Below the pieces are notes generated by a model. It saw nothing but the letters and a program-made list of their open reading frames with translations. It was not told the DNA's origin and did no database searches. The position numbers were made by a program, and so were the translations under genes. Shown piece by piece: positions 10,627 through 22,298 of a stretch of DNA of 32,059 bases. Where the stretch lies: contig NC_068992.1 in assembly GCF_001194135.2 (NCBI RefSeq), positions 61,741,468-61,773,526 of the forward strand, read 5' to 3'. Numbering within the stretch: the stretch's first letter is position 1; each line of letters begins with the position of its first letter. The stretch is from Octopus bimaculoides (taxonomy: Eukaryota).

Positions 10627-11024
10627 ACATCATCACCATCAGCATTTTAATATCTATTTTCCATGCTTGCATGGATCAAATGGAATTCATTGAGGCAGAC
10701 TTTCTATAGTTGGATCCCTTCCTGTCACTATCTTTCTCTTGTTTCCAAGCAAGGAGAGATTTCCTCATAGATATACATGTTTTCCATAGAAGATTGAAAA
10801 AGAACATCACCATTTATATGATAGTGACACTCATTTAAAACTACCACACAATGTCAAGACAAGGATATGATTCCTTCAGTTTTCCTCATCTTCATTAAGT
10901 CACAAGGCATTGATCAGCCATGGGCTATAGTAGGAGATACTTGCAAGACATGCCAAACAGTGGGACTGAACCCAAAACCACATAGTTGGGAAACAAATAT
11001 TGCAGCCACACAACCATGCCTGCA
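10627..11024 (-). mobile_element. Type A2 SINE, central microsatellite lost
   Basis: catcaccatcagc...ttttccatgcttgcatgg...cccttcctgtcac...gggactgaacccaaaaccacatagttgggaaac...ccatgcctgca. Confidence 0.75.
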
Positions 11025-11129
11025 TTAATATTTAAATGAATATATCAAAATCAAATCTTTCAAAGAGTTCTTATATATAATAAACACTACCAAAGCAAAC
11101 TAACAAAGAATCCTCAATGAATTCATTGG

Positions 11130-11295
11130 AATTATTACAGCCTAAGCCAAATCTCTCAAATTATGCGCTATGATATTGAATAAAGAAATGATACATTAGA
11201 TAATGTAGTCCCAGATGCCTTAAAAAGTTGAGATGGTCATGGTTAGAATGCCTTTGATCACAGCTATTCCTATTCAAGTTTCAGCTATGGCTAAG
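11130..11295. repeat. Unclassified interspersed repeat (family D), copy 1
   Basis: agccaaatctctcaaatt...gatggtcatggttagaatgcctttgatca; similar to 28150-28320 and to the reverse complement of 22665-22857. Confidence 0.5.
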
Positions 11296-11744
11296 TAGCC
11301 CCATACACATTGTCAAATCTGTATCCAAAAGAAATCAACAGATCTTTTCTTACAAGGTCAATAATTGATCATGCTTGAACTGTTTTCTCATCTTGGTTGA
11401 TTATTGATCTACTGAACATATATTGGAGAATCACCTACAAATCCAAGACAATGTTGCATGCTGCTGCTGCTGCCATGGCCACTGCTATACACACACACAC
11501 ACACTACAAACATGATGCATCCCTTACTTCTCATCTCCTCATCCCCAATGATATTGTACTCTCACCAGATCATATATTAAGCAGAGCCATCTCAACACCA
11601 TCACATGTCCCTCGGCTGTATATGTATAGGTGTTATAATTGTCATTTTCAGAGTAAACTATGAGGCAAGACATTTCTCTGACTAGTGGAGAAGATTTTAA
11701 ATAAATCTATACTAAATGAATAAATGCCATGCAGGATACATGGC

Positions 11745-11965
11745 CACTTCAGTGTTAAAACCTATCATATCCAGCCCAAATATTCTACCTGTTTTATGCT
11801 CAAAATATCCAGGTCCAGCCTATCTCACCTAACCTACAATGTCATTCTAAAAATCAAAAAAATCACATGATCAAAATCTTGAAGCTATGAGATAATGCAT
11901 GATTAATTCAAAACAAAGTGAGTAAATGAGCAACCATTTGACAGAGTAAACTGAATGCTAACAGG
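11745..11965. mobile_element. piggyBac-like MITE
   Basis: Right end tgaatgctaacagg followed by TTAA (11966-11969); left end degenerate (ccacttcagtgtta); body matches an abundant octopus MITE as I recall it. Confidence 0.55.
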
Positions 11966-13044
11966 TTAAGATAGAACTATTTCCTTCAGCTGCAACATTC
12001 TGGAATGATCCATTCTCCTGACCTTTGAACATTAACCACATCAATCTCAGTGTTCTGGAATGACCTACAGAGGAGAAAACCATTGCTCCTCTCCCTTCCT
12101 ACTTATTATACAGAAATAAAAAAAACAGTACTTTCAAGAATCAAAAAAAAGGAAGATTAGTTTCCAAATATGGTCATCGGTTTTTTTTCCTTACTTTTTC
12201 AATTTTTCCTCATGCAAATTGGCTTCAGGAATTGTAGAAGTCTTCAGAAATCAGTTGTCTTTTCATATAAACTCAGAAATCAATATAATAAAAAAAAAAT
12301 TTTTTAAACTTAACCAGTAAGATTGTGTTCATTCCTTGAAATTTGCTTTAAAACTTGGGCCACAGAGGAATAACAGAATATTTTCAATGGGAATTTCAGG
12401 TTTGTTTATTGTTCTGTCTGTGAACCAGGGAGGAATTTTAATGTGGGTGCTAAGAATTTTTGTTATCGTCAGTGTTGTTAAAAAAAAAAAAAATAGTGTG
12501 CATGTATTGCCAAATACTGATAGGGAAACTAAATTGCCATGTTCTTCTAAGCAAAGGTTTTAATTAACTTCTATGAGAATGGTATTTCATATGTGTTATG
12601 CAAGTACACAATGAACAGGTTGGAAGAGAATCTAGAAGACAAAAAAAAAAAATCAAATTAACACATACATACATACGTGTGTGTGTGCCCAATGCATGCA
12701 AGCATGCTAAAATGGATGTATAATGGAAGAAAGAAGAATTAATACATTAATACTTTTCTTTTTGTAGAACTATATAGAAGAAAAAACACTAAAAAAAAAG
12801 CAAAGAAAGAAACCAGCAGTCGTCAAGAATTACCTAATTACACAAGAAAATTAGCTTTCTAAGGTTAATAAAACATCTTATTTGCAAGGAAAACCAAATT
12901 GATGAGAAAATACACTGTTTTCATAATTGTTTAGAAGAATGTTAACTTTCTTCCCATGTTAGAGGAAATGTCTTTCAATTAAGGTGACATGAAACTTGTT
13001 ATAAAATTTTCTTTTTCTTTTTTTAGACAAAATTGTATGTGTTA

Positions 13045-13208
13045 GTGTATATGTATGTATGTGTCTGTCTGTCTGTACATGAGTATGAGTGTGTACATAT
13101 GTATATGTGTGTGTGTGTGTTCATGTGTGTGTATACATGAATATGTGCACATGTATTGTGTATGTGAATACACACATGTGTGTATACATGTGCATGTTTG
13201 AATATACA

Positions 13209-13285
<77 letters not shown>
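13045..13285. repeat. Compound (TG)/(TA) microsatellite ending in perfect (TG)n
   Basis: Direct. Confidence 0.9.
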
Positions 13286-13288
<3 letters not shown>

Positions 13289-13709
13289 GAGGGGATCAGA
13301 GAGAGAATTGATTCACATTTTGGAATTTTTCAAAAATAATACTGATATATAAAAAAAATTAAAATAGCCAAAATAAAAAGAAATCGAAATAACTTTTACC
13401 CCACACATACTTCCCACTCCACATCCAAAAAAAGGTGAAAAATAAAGATACGAAAAGACAAAATATAGAAGTTACTTTGTAGCATAATAAAAATTTTTAA
13501 ATGAAGCAAAAATCTTAAAAAACTTTAAAAAAAAATTGTAAAAAGTCTTCAGTTTGTTTATTAACAATCAATATGTCGCATTTGTAGGAGATAAATGCTG
13601 CCTGTTTTGGCATTTAATTGGTAACAGTGCAAGATAGGTTCTGAAATGTCTAAGAAATGAAAATAAAGAAGGAAATGAATTTGTGAGTATATAAGAATGC
13701 ATGTGAATA

Positions 13710-14075
13710 TCTTTTATCTTGTTTCAATCATTTGGACTGTAACCATGTTGGGGTGGGGAAAGCACCACATTGAGTGGTTTTGGTTGAACAAATCAAACCC
13801 CAGTATTCATGTGCGTTTTTTTTTTTCTTTCTTTTTTTAAGAGTCTGGTACTTATTTCATTGTTCTCCTCTGCCGAACTGTTAAAGGACATAAACAAACT
13901 AATACCAGTTGTCAATTGGTGGGTGGGGGGACAAAAACACAGACACATGGTGGGCTTCCACAGAGTTTCTGTCTAGCAAATTCACTTACAAGACACTCGT
14001 TAGTCCAAGGTGCTATGCAGTGGGACTGAACCTAAAAATATAAGGCTGCAAAGCAAGCTTCTTACCACGTAGCCA
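13710..14075 (-). mobile_element. Type A1 SINE
   Basis: cttttatcttgtttcaatcatttggactgtaaccatg...gtgggactgaacc...gcaagcttcttaccacgtagcc. Confidence 0.75.
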
Positions 14076-15120
14076 AGAGAAAGAGGGGAATTCTTTGATA
14101 TGGTATTCTTGAAAAAAAGAAATGACAATTATAAGTCTTTTCTAGAAATCATTCTTCAGGTAGCAGTTAGTTATAAATGGTGGGTTTCTTCTGAGTGAAA
14201 ATGTATCTCATCTCAGTCAGTACAATTGACTTTCTAAGTAGGACTAGATTAGATAGATCTGCAAATTTGGATTTTTGTTGACAGTTTTACAAATGGATTT
14301 CCTTCTAAATACTAATTTCTCTTCCTTGAAGAAACACCAGCTGTAGAAAGAAGAGATTCTGCTTGTAGAAAGTCTTTCAGATTAATGGTTTGGAGTGAGA
14401 CCCAGAGAATGTCTAGGGAAAGTTAGTTTGACACAAATCACTTCCTTTTCGAGCTATATTTACAGTAGGTGAACTTAAAACTACAAGATAACAAAACTTT
14501 ATAGTGTTATCATTACTTTCAATGATTAACTGTTCCTATAAAGGTGAAAGCAGTTATTCACAATCAGATAAACAGAGGTATGTAAGAGTTAAGTGTCTTG
14601 TTCAAGGACAGAAAGCAGGACAGGTAACAGAATATGAACTACCAATCCCTGAGCAGATTTTTGGATACCCTAATCATGTTCTCATACACCTTGCCTACTG
14701 GTTTATCATGTATATTTTAATCTTTAATAAACACAGTGTTACATATGTTAATGCTACATAGTGTTACATTAATTCTTTAATAAACTCCACAGGTTTCCAG
14801 AATGTCAGATGGTAACCATGGTCTAAAATGTGTTAAGCAGATGAGGCAAATCAAAATATATATCACAGGTTTACTTCTCCAGGCTTGCAGGCATATATAT
14901 GCCACTACTAAGTAAAACAATCAAGTGTACTGACCAGGGATTTAGTAAAATGTGTGAGAAATGAACTCATGCCCAATAAGTCAACAATCAATTTGACATT
15001 TACATAATGAATATGTTCAATAGTAATCAATAATGACCGGACAGTTTACAACTACCAACTGAAAACACACCTGTCATTGTAATATAGTTCTTTATCAAAA
15101 GAAATAGAGTTCAGGAAAAA

Positions 15121-15320
15121 TATCATCATCAGCATCTATATTTTCCATGCTGGCATTGGTTGGATGGGTCTGCTATCCAAGTTAGTTCATATTCAGAAGA
15201 CCACAGCTTGCTTGTGCATTCTATTTTCAGCTACTATGGCTGGATGTTCTTCCTAACACCCACTACTTTACAGAGTGAACTGCTTGAATTTTTATGGCAT
15301 TAGCATTAGAAAGGTTGTCA
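15121..15320 (-). mobile_element. RTE-type 3' tail fragment
   Basis: tatcatcatcagcatc...ttttccatgctggcattggttgga...ggctggatgttcttcctaacaccc. Confidence 0.6.
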
Positions 15321-15424
15321 GGTGTTTGGCATTGTTAAACAGTGCTCTCTACCCTATAATCATCTATTCAAATAGCAACCAGAGATTACTTTTTTCCCTG
15401 CAAAGCTAAAGAGTCTTTCCTATT

Positions 15425-15640
15425 CTACAATGTTTTCATAAGTGAGAGCATGAATAAAAGAGGAGTGATGACCAAGAGTGAAAGAGAAAAGTGAATGAAA
15501 ATGTGATGATGGGGAAGGGAGAAACAGAGTAACAGAATGGTAGGAGGCAATGGAGGAGAGACCATGATGGCCACATGCTGGTCGTTGCTTGAATAGAAAA
15601 ACAGTATTTGCAGTTTGGCAGCATAGAACCAAAGATGCAT
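15425..15640 (-). mobile_element. Possible LINE endonuclease (APE) fragment
   Basis: FLFKQRPACGHHGLSSIASY...SHFHSLFSFTLGHHSSFIHAL loosely resembles the RDR..GGGV...FESLWI...FICALY stretch of LINE APE domains; weak. Confidence 0.3.
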
Positions 15641-16062
15641 CATGCTAAAAATTGAGGGACATGCTTCCTGTCACCAACCCTTACCTTTTACAACCAGCAT
15701 AATATCTCCCCTATTCTTTCAAGCATGAAGCCGTATGATGGTTGTAGGTTTCCATAGAAGATTGGAAATGAATGTCACTGTAGTGTGTGTATGTTGTGGA
15801 TAATCTCAGTAGTTGTCTCTCACCATTGCCTAACAACCATCACAATGATTCTGCTTAAGAAAAAAAAGGGGGGGGGGCTAGTATAATACTAGACTTGAAG
15901 GTAAGTTCTTGAGAGTTGGTTCAATCAACTAAACATTTCAAAGTGGTGTGTAAGTATGGCCACAGACAAACAACTAAAAGAATAAAACATACTGAGGTAT
16001 ATCAGGAAGAAATATGTGAGATTTCATATAGAGCTTGTGACACACACACCATTTATAGATCA

Positions 16063-16641
16063 GTGCAAGAGGGACTGTGTGGTTGAGAAGCTTGCTTCCA
16101 AACCATGTGCTCTCAAATTCAGTTCCAATGTGTAGCACTTTGGACAAGTGTCCTCTACTATAGCCCTGAACCAACCAAAGCTTTGAGAGTGGATTTGGTA
16201 GACAGAAACTGAAGGAAGTCTACCATATGTAAGTGTGTGATGATTTTATATATATATATATATATATCATCATCATCATCATCGTTTAACGTCCGCTTTC
16301 CATGCTAGCATGGGTTGGACGATTTGACTGAGGACTGGTGAAACCGGATGGCAACACTAGGCTCCAGTCTGATTTGGCAGAGTTTCTAATATATTTATGA
16401 TTGGGAGTGGTCTATACCCTTGTCTTGACATATGATGATTGTAAAGGAGTATTATCAAACAAATAATGTTATTCATTTCTAGTCTTCCATGAAAAGCACA
16501 TCCGGCAATGTGGAAATATTATCATGCTAGGAAACTGGTGAGGGTTGGTGACAGGAAAGGCATCTGGCTGTAGAAACTGCCTCAACAAATTCCAACTGAC
16601 CTATGCAAGCATGGAGAAGTGGACATTAAACAATGATGATG
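16063..16641 (+). mobile_element. Type A2 SINE interrupted by a young RTE fragment
   Basis: Head and core 16063-16230, (TA)n, insertion 16266-16388, then ccttgtcttgaca...ggttggtgacaggaaagggcatctggctgtagaaac...ggacattaaacaatgatgatga. Confidence 0.8.
16266..16388 (-). mobile_element. Young, heavily 5'-truncated RTE LINE copy
   Basis: (ATC)n cgtttaacgtccgctttccatgctagcatgggttggacg...; 4 mismatches in about 110 bp versus 29560-29677. Confidence 0.85.
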
Positions 16642-17109
16642 AGACAATTCAAAGACAAATGACAATAGCTATGAGGGTAATCATCGATTTAACTCTTACT
16701 ATATCCATGATGCAAGGTCTCTGAACAAGATACATTGCTCTGGGTGCCTCAGCCAACATGGCTGATAACATATTTCACTCTTCATTGTAAAGAACTCAGG
16801 AGCAGGAAAGCCATCCAGCAGTAAAAATACTGTCCACTGTACAATTTTTGGTGGGGAAAGAAGAAAAAAAACAAACTCAATCCAACCTGAACAACATGAA
16901 AGGTCAAAATAAAATATAAAGTTGATGTCATAAATAAAAGTATGCAAATATTGGATTAAAAAAAGTTGAAGGCAGCCTTTGACTTTTTCTATCCAAAGGT
17001 TTTTTTTAACCCAATATTTGCACATTGCTATTATTTGCTGAAAGTTGCACTGTTCCAAAAAAAAATATTTTAAAAAAAAACTGTAGGTTTTGTTTTTGTT
17101 TTTTTACCA

Positions 17110-17220
17110 GCCCCATCCCCCATGAAAGGCAGAGTTGCCCTTGATGAGATCTGAACTCAGAATGGAGAAACGAAAATACTAGCAGGTAATTTAATCCATC
17201 GCTCTACCAATTCTGCCATC
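17110..17220 (-). mobile_element. Type B SINE 5' fragment
   Basis: atgaaaggcagagttgcccttgatgagatctgaactcagaat...aattctgcca. Confidence 0.55.
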
Positions 17221-18086
17221 AGTATGAACAATAATGAATAGAACAGTTTTCAATCACTGCATTAAAATATTTGCTGAATAACGTCAAATAGATGATGACA
17301 CAATTGTTTTATTACAGCCTAATCAAGATGTTTTAATGCAATCGTTAGAGCTAAGAAAATATTTAAATAAATTCTATTTTCTAATAATGACAGACTTTAA
17401 TTAAAATTAACAGATTTAAAAGAGTCACAAAGCAAAATTTCCCTCCCGCTACCTTCCCCTGAAAAGCTATCGCATCACATTCTTTACTAAGAAAACTTTG
17501 ATAGAACAGCATTTAAAACAGAATTTCTTTAACAGAAGTAACTAGCTTATTGATTTTTTGTTTTTAGCACTAAATCTAGCTCATTCAATAGTAGTGCAGC
17601 TCTCTTAGACATCCTCCAATTTACTGATACCACCTACAGACTAGTTATGTAATGTGTCCAACGCGCACTCATACACTAACACACATACTATAAGTACAGA
17701 GATGTGGTATTAAGAAACAATCTATTTTGTATTTTTTTCAACTACTTTTTCCAAACATAAATTTATATTGATAATTCAACTAATTGGAAGAATTTTCATT
17801 TAAAATCTATATTTTTTGTTTCATTTTTTTCTTTTTGGTAGTGGGGAGGAGTCCCTGAAATGTAGATACACTAAAGCCTAAGAGTTTATTTTCTTTTGTT
17901 TATTTTTATTTTCCATTCTGTAAATTAGCTAACAGAGATAACATTTGATTTAAAACAATTACTGTTGAGTCGGAATATCAGTCAAGAGAAATGACATTAT
18001 AGCTATGCCCTTTAAATTTATAATTAAAAAAAAAAATCCTTTTGTGCATAGGATGATGTGAAATAGTACAATAGCAAATATTATTC

Positions 18087-18130
18087 AACCAATCAGAAGC
18101 TAAGCAAAGGTATCATTTCAACCAATGAGA
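18087..18130 (+). promoter_or_regulatory. Tandem CCAAT boxes 33 bp apart (NF-Y-like)
   Basis: aaccaatcag (CCAAT 18089-18093) and aaccaatgag (18122-18126), both matching RRCCAATSR; no linked gene identified. Confidence 0.3.
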
Positions 18131-18436
18131 AAACAAGTTACCCTTAGCACTTATTTCTATTCATACAAAACAACCTTACTGCTCCAGAACACCATCCAAT
18201 GTTTAAAATTGCCAGCTAACTACCACTCGTGATGCTAAATCTGTATTAAAGATAACACAATTTCCAAGAGTTATAGCTGTCATGATGAACCGCTAAAGCA
18301 ATATATTCTATAAACTACACATTTTAAAAGACACATATTTGACTTCCTTTTATCACTTTACAATGAACTCATTCTGACAACATTACAGTTAACTTGGCCC
18401 ACAGTTACCAAGCACAGCACACATTAATTCTTTTCA

Positions 18437-19480
18437 TTTTTTTTTTTTTTTTTTTTGAGTCTGAAGGAAGGGGCACAGCCCACAACCCTTGCAGGCCATC
18501 TCAGGACAGTGAGCCATACTGTTCTATTTAAATTGTTGCAGATCAAGAATTGCAGGAAAGACATGAGCAAGAAGGAAATTACAAAGGACTAAATGTTATT
18601 GAGAGAAATGGTTGAGAGAAGTGATTACTGTGGGTCTACAGAGGGAAGAGGGTGGAATTGGAGAGATGAAGATGTTGGAATGCTTGCATAGTGGAGGTAT
18701 GAGACTAACTAGCTTCAAGGAACAGCAGGATTGTGCAGCTAACATGTAGATGATGCATAATCAAGGAAAGTCAGGAGGGAATGAAGAGTTGTGTTGTCTG
18801 CATTGAAAGATGTGGCAGCAAGTAAGCTACTGATGTAGAGAAGGAAGAGAATGAGAGACAAACCCCAAACCTAGGGAATACCAGAGTTGAATGAGAGGGG
18901 GACAGAAAAAGCTACACCAATACATGCTGCAATGATAGGAGCTGATAGGAAGCTCCTGATCCAAGAGATGAGAGATGACTGGAACTTGTAGGCAGGAAGT
19001 TTTCATGGGAGACTTGTATGGTAGACATCAAAAATGGTTTTGCTGATGACTAGAGCCACAAAATTGATTCCACTAAACTTTTTGAAAATGAGAACCCACA
19101 CGCAGCTGAATAATGTCAGAGAGTAAGCCCTTAGTGGATCTGATTCTGCAGAAGCCATAATAGTGGTCATTGAGGAGACAGCGGGAGAGAGAGTTCCAAA
19201 GTGTTGGAGAACATCATAGTCAATAATGGCTGTCTCCATTACCTAGAAGATGCTAGAAGTGAAAGTAATAAGATAGCACTTGACTAGGTCACAGAGGTTA
19301 TCATTTTTGGTATGAGGCACACTGAAGCATTCATCCAAATATATATACATATAGAGAGTGAGAGGTTATAGTCTTGTATGTATAGGTACAAGTTCTGTAA
19401 TGCAATTGACTATTGTGGTAGTAGCAGGAAAGGTGAAATAAAGAGCAAGCCCATGGCTTTGAGCTTGAAGCAACTTCTGA
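18437..19480 (-). mobile_element. CR1/Jockey-group LINE: decayed RT and 3' end with poly(A), internally deleted
   Basis: Minus strand reads KAMG..CITELVP..WMNASVCLIPK..VMETAII..FVALVISKT..LISWIRSFLS..NSGIP*VWGLSLILFLLYISSLL..NADNTTLHS (YADD motif), then CSLKLVSLIPP..HVFPAILDLQQFK; A20 tail at 18437-18456. Confidence 0.8.
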
Positions 19481-19959
19481 GTCAAAATGTTGCAATTTAA
19501 CAATAAAAAGTCTTCCCCTACCTAACACATTAACTGTTACATTGCAAGACTTAAATGTCAACCAGCTTTATGAAAAAGGAACTAGGCTAATTGATAATAT
19601 ATTCCTAAAAGGTCTGAAAGTAAACTTATCACATCCTTAGTAAGAATGTAGACTGGATTCTGTCATCTAAAAAGTACCAGTGCTTAATATGCAGAAAAGG
19701 AATATATTGGGATGAAACGCTATAGTGTGTACCAAAGGTAAACTATGGGTGTATAATTGGTGCAGTGTGATCCCAGGTCAGTTAACAGTGAAGGAAGACT
19801 TCGTATGTGGTAGATATACAAAAGTAATTAGAAATAAAGGTACCCATAAAATAAATTCTTTCAGTTGCTCAACCCATTAAGTCCCACTGTCCTATAAATA
19901 GGACACTAGATGAGAACATTAAATAAGCTATATCACATTGTCTCAGTGTCCAATTTATA

Positions 19960-20300
19960 GTTTGACAGGAGTTGACCAGCTGAAGGGCTATTCAGGCTCT
20001 GTCTCTTTTAGCATAGTTTCTATAGCAGGATGCCCTTCCTGGTGCCAACCACTTTACAGAGTGCACTGGCTGTTGTTACACAGCACTGGCATGGGTGCTT
20101 TTTACGTGGCACCTACAAGCCCAAGAAGTTGGGGATACTCAGTTGTAGAGGGTTCCAGGAGACAAACCTATATGCAAGGACAACCACACTTTTACCTAGC
20201 TTGACATGTCTTTTCAAGCACAGCAAACCACTAGGTGTCTCAGTCCCCTATCACCCACTTTTGTGAGTCCCAACATCTGTAGATCCCTTCTCACCACTTT
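19960..20300 (-). mobile_element. RTE LINE 3' fragment, intermediate age
   Basis: KVVRRDLQMLGLTK...WFAVLEKTCQAR* then 3' UTR with ggttggcaccaggaagggcatcc. Confidence 0.7.
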
Positions 20301-20454
20301 ATACATGGATGTAAAATGATGAGGATGACAGTGTTTAACATAAAAAAAAAAAAACAGGGTAGAACAATTTTTTGTTACAGTTATTTTCTTTCAGCAGTAT
20401 GAAGTCATATTATTTCAAGTTATTAAAATTAAAGCACAATAATTTCCATAACAG

Positions 20455-21390
20455 CAATAATAATAATTCTGTCTATAGGCACAAGACCTGAAATTGAGTG
20501 GGGCAGGGTAAATCAATTGCATCGACCTCAGGGCTCAACTGGTAAATATTTTGGATCATTTTGGTTTGACGGGCAACATTTTTCATTTATGTTTTATGTA
20601 GTGTTTTTGGTACCGAAACACTTTCAAACTTCGTATACTTGTATATTTTGTGTTATAGAACAGATAAAAAAATTTTTATTCGAAGTTATTTCATGTTAAA
20701 AATTGTCTTATTTCGATAATTTCAACCAATCACTGACGTCTATTCAGTTGAATACAGTTACTGCTGTGGCGGTGTATATGGTATTAATCCCTGTTAGTTC
20801 TGACATTTCCGATTAACTAGACTGTTTGTAAACACGTGTGTTGCTTATTTTTTCAATTAGCGAAAAAATTGTTACAAACACAGATATGCACAGCGTAATT
20901 TATTATATAAACAATATATGCGTATAATTTACCATTTTTCTGTAATTTTGTCTGCTTCAAAAGAAAACAAACCAAAAAACCGGATGAAATATGTCAACAG
21001 GGAATAACAGTTTTGTCACCGGCAAAAAATTATTGTTTACAAAACAGCAGTAACTGTATTCAGCTGAATAGACGTCAGTGATTGGTTGAAATTACAGAAA
21101 TACGACAACTTTAACATGAAATAACTTGCGATGTACAATTTTTTGTTAAGAAGGCTAAGAAAAAAAAGTTGTTTTATATGACACATTCTACCAGTGTCCC
21201 AAGTTTGAAAGTGTTTCATTAAGAAAACAAGTGTTGCCCGTCAAACCAAAAAGATCCCATATTTTATCACCCAAAAGGTTGAAAGGCGAAGTCAAGCTCA
21301 GCAGAATTTGAATTCAGAATGTAATAAATAAGTTGGATGAAATACCACAAAGCATTTTGTCTGAGGCTCTAAGAGTTCTGCCAGTTTGCC
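20455..21390 (-). mobile_element. Type B SINE split by a MITE (halves 20455-20552 and 21258-21390)
   Basis: ctcaactggtaaatatttt | MITE | catattttatcacccaaaaggttgaaaggcgaagtc rejoins to the family B sequence actggtacttattttatcgacccc seen at 6440 and 21485. Confidence 0.8.
20553..21257. mobile_element. 705-bp foldback MITE with long inverted arms and 8-bp target duplication
   Basis: Termini ggatcattttggtttgacgggcaaca and tgttgcccgtcaaaccaaaaagatcc (25/26); inner arms 20718-20766 versus 21045-21093 (48/49); flanks aatatttt and catatttt (7/8). Confidence 0.9.
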
Positions 21391-21395
21391 ATCTT

Positions 21396-21625
21396 AATAA
21401 AAATAATAATAATCTTTTCTGCTATAAGTACAAGGCCTGAAATTTTGAGAGAAATGGATAGTCGATTACATCAACTCCAGTGTTCAACTGGTACTTATTT
21501 TGTCAACCCTGAGAGGGTGAAAAGCAAAGTTGAGCTTGGCAGATTTTGAACCCCGAATATAAAGATGAACAAAATGCTACTAAGCTTGTGGTCAAATGTG
21601 CTAACAATTCTGCCAGTTTGCTGCC
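21396..21625 (-). mobile_element. Type B SINE, full length, directly in tandem with the previous copy
   Basis: (AAT)n tail, gtcgattacatcaactccagtgttcaactggtacttattttgtcaaccc core, head ending aattctgccagtttgctgcc. Confidence 0.8.
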
Positions 21626-21900
21626 TAAATAATAATTAGAGTAACGAAGAAGAGCCAAGGAAAAATTAGAAAATTAAGTTTCTCAATTATCTTGGCCTGA
21701 TAGTTCTCCCAAATTTTTTTTGTAATTTAGGTTGTTTAAACTAAGTAAGATCTTAATTGACTAAGATCTAATAGGCAGTACAGGAATCCTTATTAGTTCA
21801 TGGCTCATGATACAGGAGTCAATTAAATGGCTGTAGGAGTGAATTATCTATCTACATCCTGGGCAAAAGATTTTTTGCTAGGTTTTTATTTGGGTTTTTA

Positions 21901-21941
<41 letters not shown>

Positions 21942-22024
21942 TCAGCCATGCATGGCATTGTCATTGTAGGCATTGCCTGTTTGCAAGGCACTCTGACAAC
22001 TGGACTAACAGTTCTACAAAGTCA

Positions 22025-22168
22025 CAGTACTGGAATGATAATTTTTTTTTATCAACCCTTTAATGGATGAAAGTAAAGTCAACATCAGTGGCGTTTGAAC
22101 TTAAAAACACTAAGTGTCCAACCAAATACCACAAGGTATTCTATCCCAACGCCTCTGCCAAGCTGCTG
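22025..22168 (-). mobile_element. Type B SINE fragment
   Basis: atcaaccctttaatggatgaaagtaaagtcaacatcagtggcgtttgaact...ctctgccaagctgctgc. Confidence 0.65.
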
Positions 22169-22262
22169 CATTTAAATAGCTACGATGTTAAAAAAAATAC
22201 GCAATTTCATAACAACACTGCCTCTAATTCTACACAGTCTTCATTTTGTAGCTGGAAAAATC

Positions 22263-22298
<36 letters not shown>

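Noticed and set aside
772-13352. ORFs rich in HT, YI, CV or RE dipeptides (e.g. 772-978, 2704-2928, 4799-5118, 6625-6990, 9813-10284, 13089-13352)
   Set aside because: They are translations of (CA)n, (TA)n, (TG)n or (GA)n microsatellites, mostly inside SINEs
14318-14414. Minus-strand acceptor followed by DILWVSLQTINLKDFLQAESLL...
   Set aside because: Phase incompatible with neighbouring candidates and the opposite strand is equally open
16699-17058. 119-aa minus-strand ORF
   Set aside because: The first half runs through poly-T/AT-rich sequence and no domain is recognisable; only the splice-bounded part is kept as speculation
19640-19770. YQCLICRKGIYWDETL*CVPK, resembling a Cys-rich repeat
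   Set aside because: In-frame stops, no clean splice sites and no partner exons
14890-19900. Short palindromes ggcatatatatgcc (14890-14903) and tgtcctat-aa-ataggaca (about 19888-19905)
   Set aside because: Length is within chance expectation for 32 kb of AT-rich sequence
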